A stretch of DNA of 46,650 nucleotides from Patescibacteria group bacterium (GTDB lineage Bacteria; Patescibacteriota; Minisyncoccia; Sungbacterales; HO2-52-23), in the NCBI GenBank assembly GCA_038063315.1, contig JBBTVI010000006.1:1-46650 (forward strand), written 5' to 3'. A program made the translations under genes and the position numbers. The notes under the pieces are model-generated. The model was not told the origin of the DNA and ran no database searches. It was given only the letters and a program-made list of their open reading frames with translations. Positions 45,393-46,650 of the stretch are shown piece by piece (within the stretch, counting starts at the first letter, position 1; each line of letters starts with the position of its first letter).

Positions 45393-46630
45393 TTCCATTT
45401 CCGCAATTGTCCGACAACTGCCACTATGGCGTCAAGTGTTGCATCAAGATCCTCTTTTGTCGTTGCGCGGCCGAGCGTCAGACGCAACGACCCTTCGGCA
45501 TAGGCGCGTGGACGCCCGAGCGCCGTTATCACGTGCGACGGCTCAATGGACGCCGCGCTGCACGCCGATCCTGTTGAACAATAAATTCCCCTCGCGTCCA
45601 AATACAAAACAGCGGCTTCTCCCTCAAGTCCGGGGATCGAAGTATTGATGTTATTCGGCAAACGCTTCTGGGGGTGGCCGTTTAACACCGCATCCGGAAT
45701 ACGACGCAACGCCTCCGCGATAAAATCATCGCGAAGCGCAATCAGACGCGCGCTCTCCCGCATGCGCTCCGTATCTGCGATCTCAAGCGCCCGCGCAAAA
45801 CCGATAATGCCCGCGACGTTCTCCGTGCCCGAGCGCCATCCTCTTTCCTGCCCCCCGCCGTATACCAAAGGCCGCAACGGAGTTCCCCGCCGCACATATA
45901 AGCACCCGACACCTTTTGGTCCGTAGATTTTGGACCCGTTGAGCGCCATCATGTCTACGCCGAGATCGCTCACATCGAGCGAGAGCGCGCCCGCGGCCTG
46001 GCATGCGTCGGTAAAAAGTAACGGCCCGTCTTTACTCTTTATTCCCGAATCCTTACTCTTGCCCTCTCCGCTACCTTCCCCGCGCACGCGGCCAAGCATC
46101 GTCCCGATCTGGGCTATCGGCGCGATTGTCCCAATCTCGTTATTCGCATACATCACCGAAACCAATAATGTCTCCGGCCGCATTGCCGCCGCAATATCCT
46201 GCGGACTCACAAGGCCCTCACGATTCACCTTTACCTCCATTGTCGCATGGCCGTCTTTTGCCAATTCCGCAAAAGAATGCGAGATCGCGTGATGCTCGAT
46301 ATTGGTCGTCACGAAATGCGCCTTCGCTGCTCCGTCACCGCCCCCCGCCCGCGCAATCGCCTCCGCATGATACCGCGCCATGCCGAAAATCGCGAGATTA
46401 ATCGCTTCGGTCCCGCCTCCGGTAAAAATAATCTCGTCCGGCCGCGCATGAAGAATACGCGCGACGGTTTCCCGCGCATTTTCAAGCGCTGAACGCGCCT
46501 CCCTGCCCTTCTCATGAATACTCGATGGATTGCCGTATTTTTCGGTAAAAAACGGCTCCATCGCTTCGCGCACGCGCGGATCCATCGGCGTCGTCGCCGC
46601 ATAATCGAGATAAATGCCTTTTGTCTTCAT
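45389..46630 (-). CDS. iscS: IscS/NifS-type (class I) cysteine desulfurase
   Basis: IYLDYAATTP, YGNPSSIH, ANNEIGTI, NGSKIYGPKGVG, STGSACS. Confidence 0.93.
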   Translation of the reverse strand: MKTKGIYLDYAATTPMDPRVREAMEPFFTEKYGNPSSIHEKGREARSALENARETVARILHARPDEIIFTGGGTEAINLAIFGMARYHAEAIARAGGGDGAAKAHFVTTNIEHHAISHSFAELAKDGHATMEVKVNREGLVSPQDIAAAMRPETLLVSVMYANNEIGTIAPIAQIGTMLGRVRGEGSGEGKSKDSGIKSKDGPLLFTDACQAAGALSLDVSDLGVDMMALNGSKIYGPKGVGCLYVRRGTPLRPLVYGGGQERGWRSGTENVAGIIGFARALEIADTERMRESARLIALRDDFIAEALRRIPDAVLNGHPQKRLPNNINTSIPGLEGEAAVLYLDARGIYCSTGSACSAASIEPSHVITALGRPRAYAEGSLRLTLGRATTKEDLDATLDAIVAVVGQLRKWK

Positions 46631-46650
46631 CTTTGATACAACGCCGAAAA

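Overview
Window from a moderately GC-rich bacterium whose gene content (short SufD, GFTLIELL pilin, giant Ig/peptidoglycan-binding surface proteins, near-leaderless promoters) resembles Patescibacteria/Parcubacteria; this taxonomy is inferred. The left 10 kb is housekeeping: a RluA-family synthase, an ECF sigma factor with a coupled membrane protein, galU, a DeoR-like regulator, nth, clpB, a DUF4258/DUF2283 pair and a PLP trans-sulfuration enzyme. From 8.6 to 46.6 kb a co-oriented Fe-S set (iscS-like, sufC, intein-containing sufB, sufD, sufS, sufU, ferredoxin, nfu) is split by two large blocks of cell-surface genes (including ~3,340-aa and 2,358-aa proteins) and by three antisense genes. Three features stand out. 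(1) A start-less cassette downstream of the largest gene is built from two homology arms of that gene plus a different C-terminus. (2) Four intergenic spacers fold back from stop codon to next start codon, three of them via complementary 7-mer arrays, and enclose nested MITE-like and REP-like palindromes. (3) An unrecognised ~235-aa module occurs four times in two surface proteins. No rRNA, tRNA, CRISPR array, transposase or reverse transcriptase was seen.
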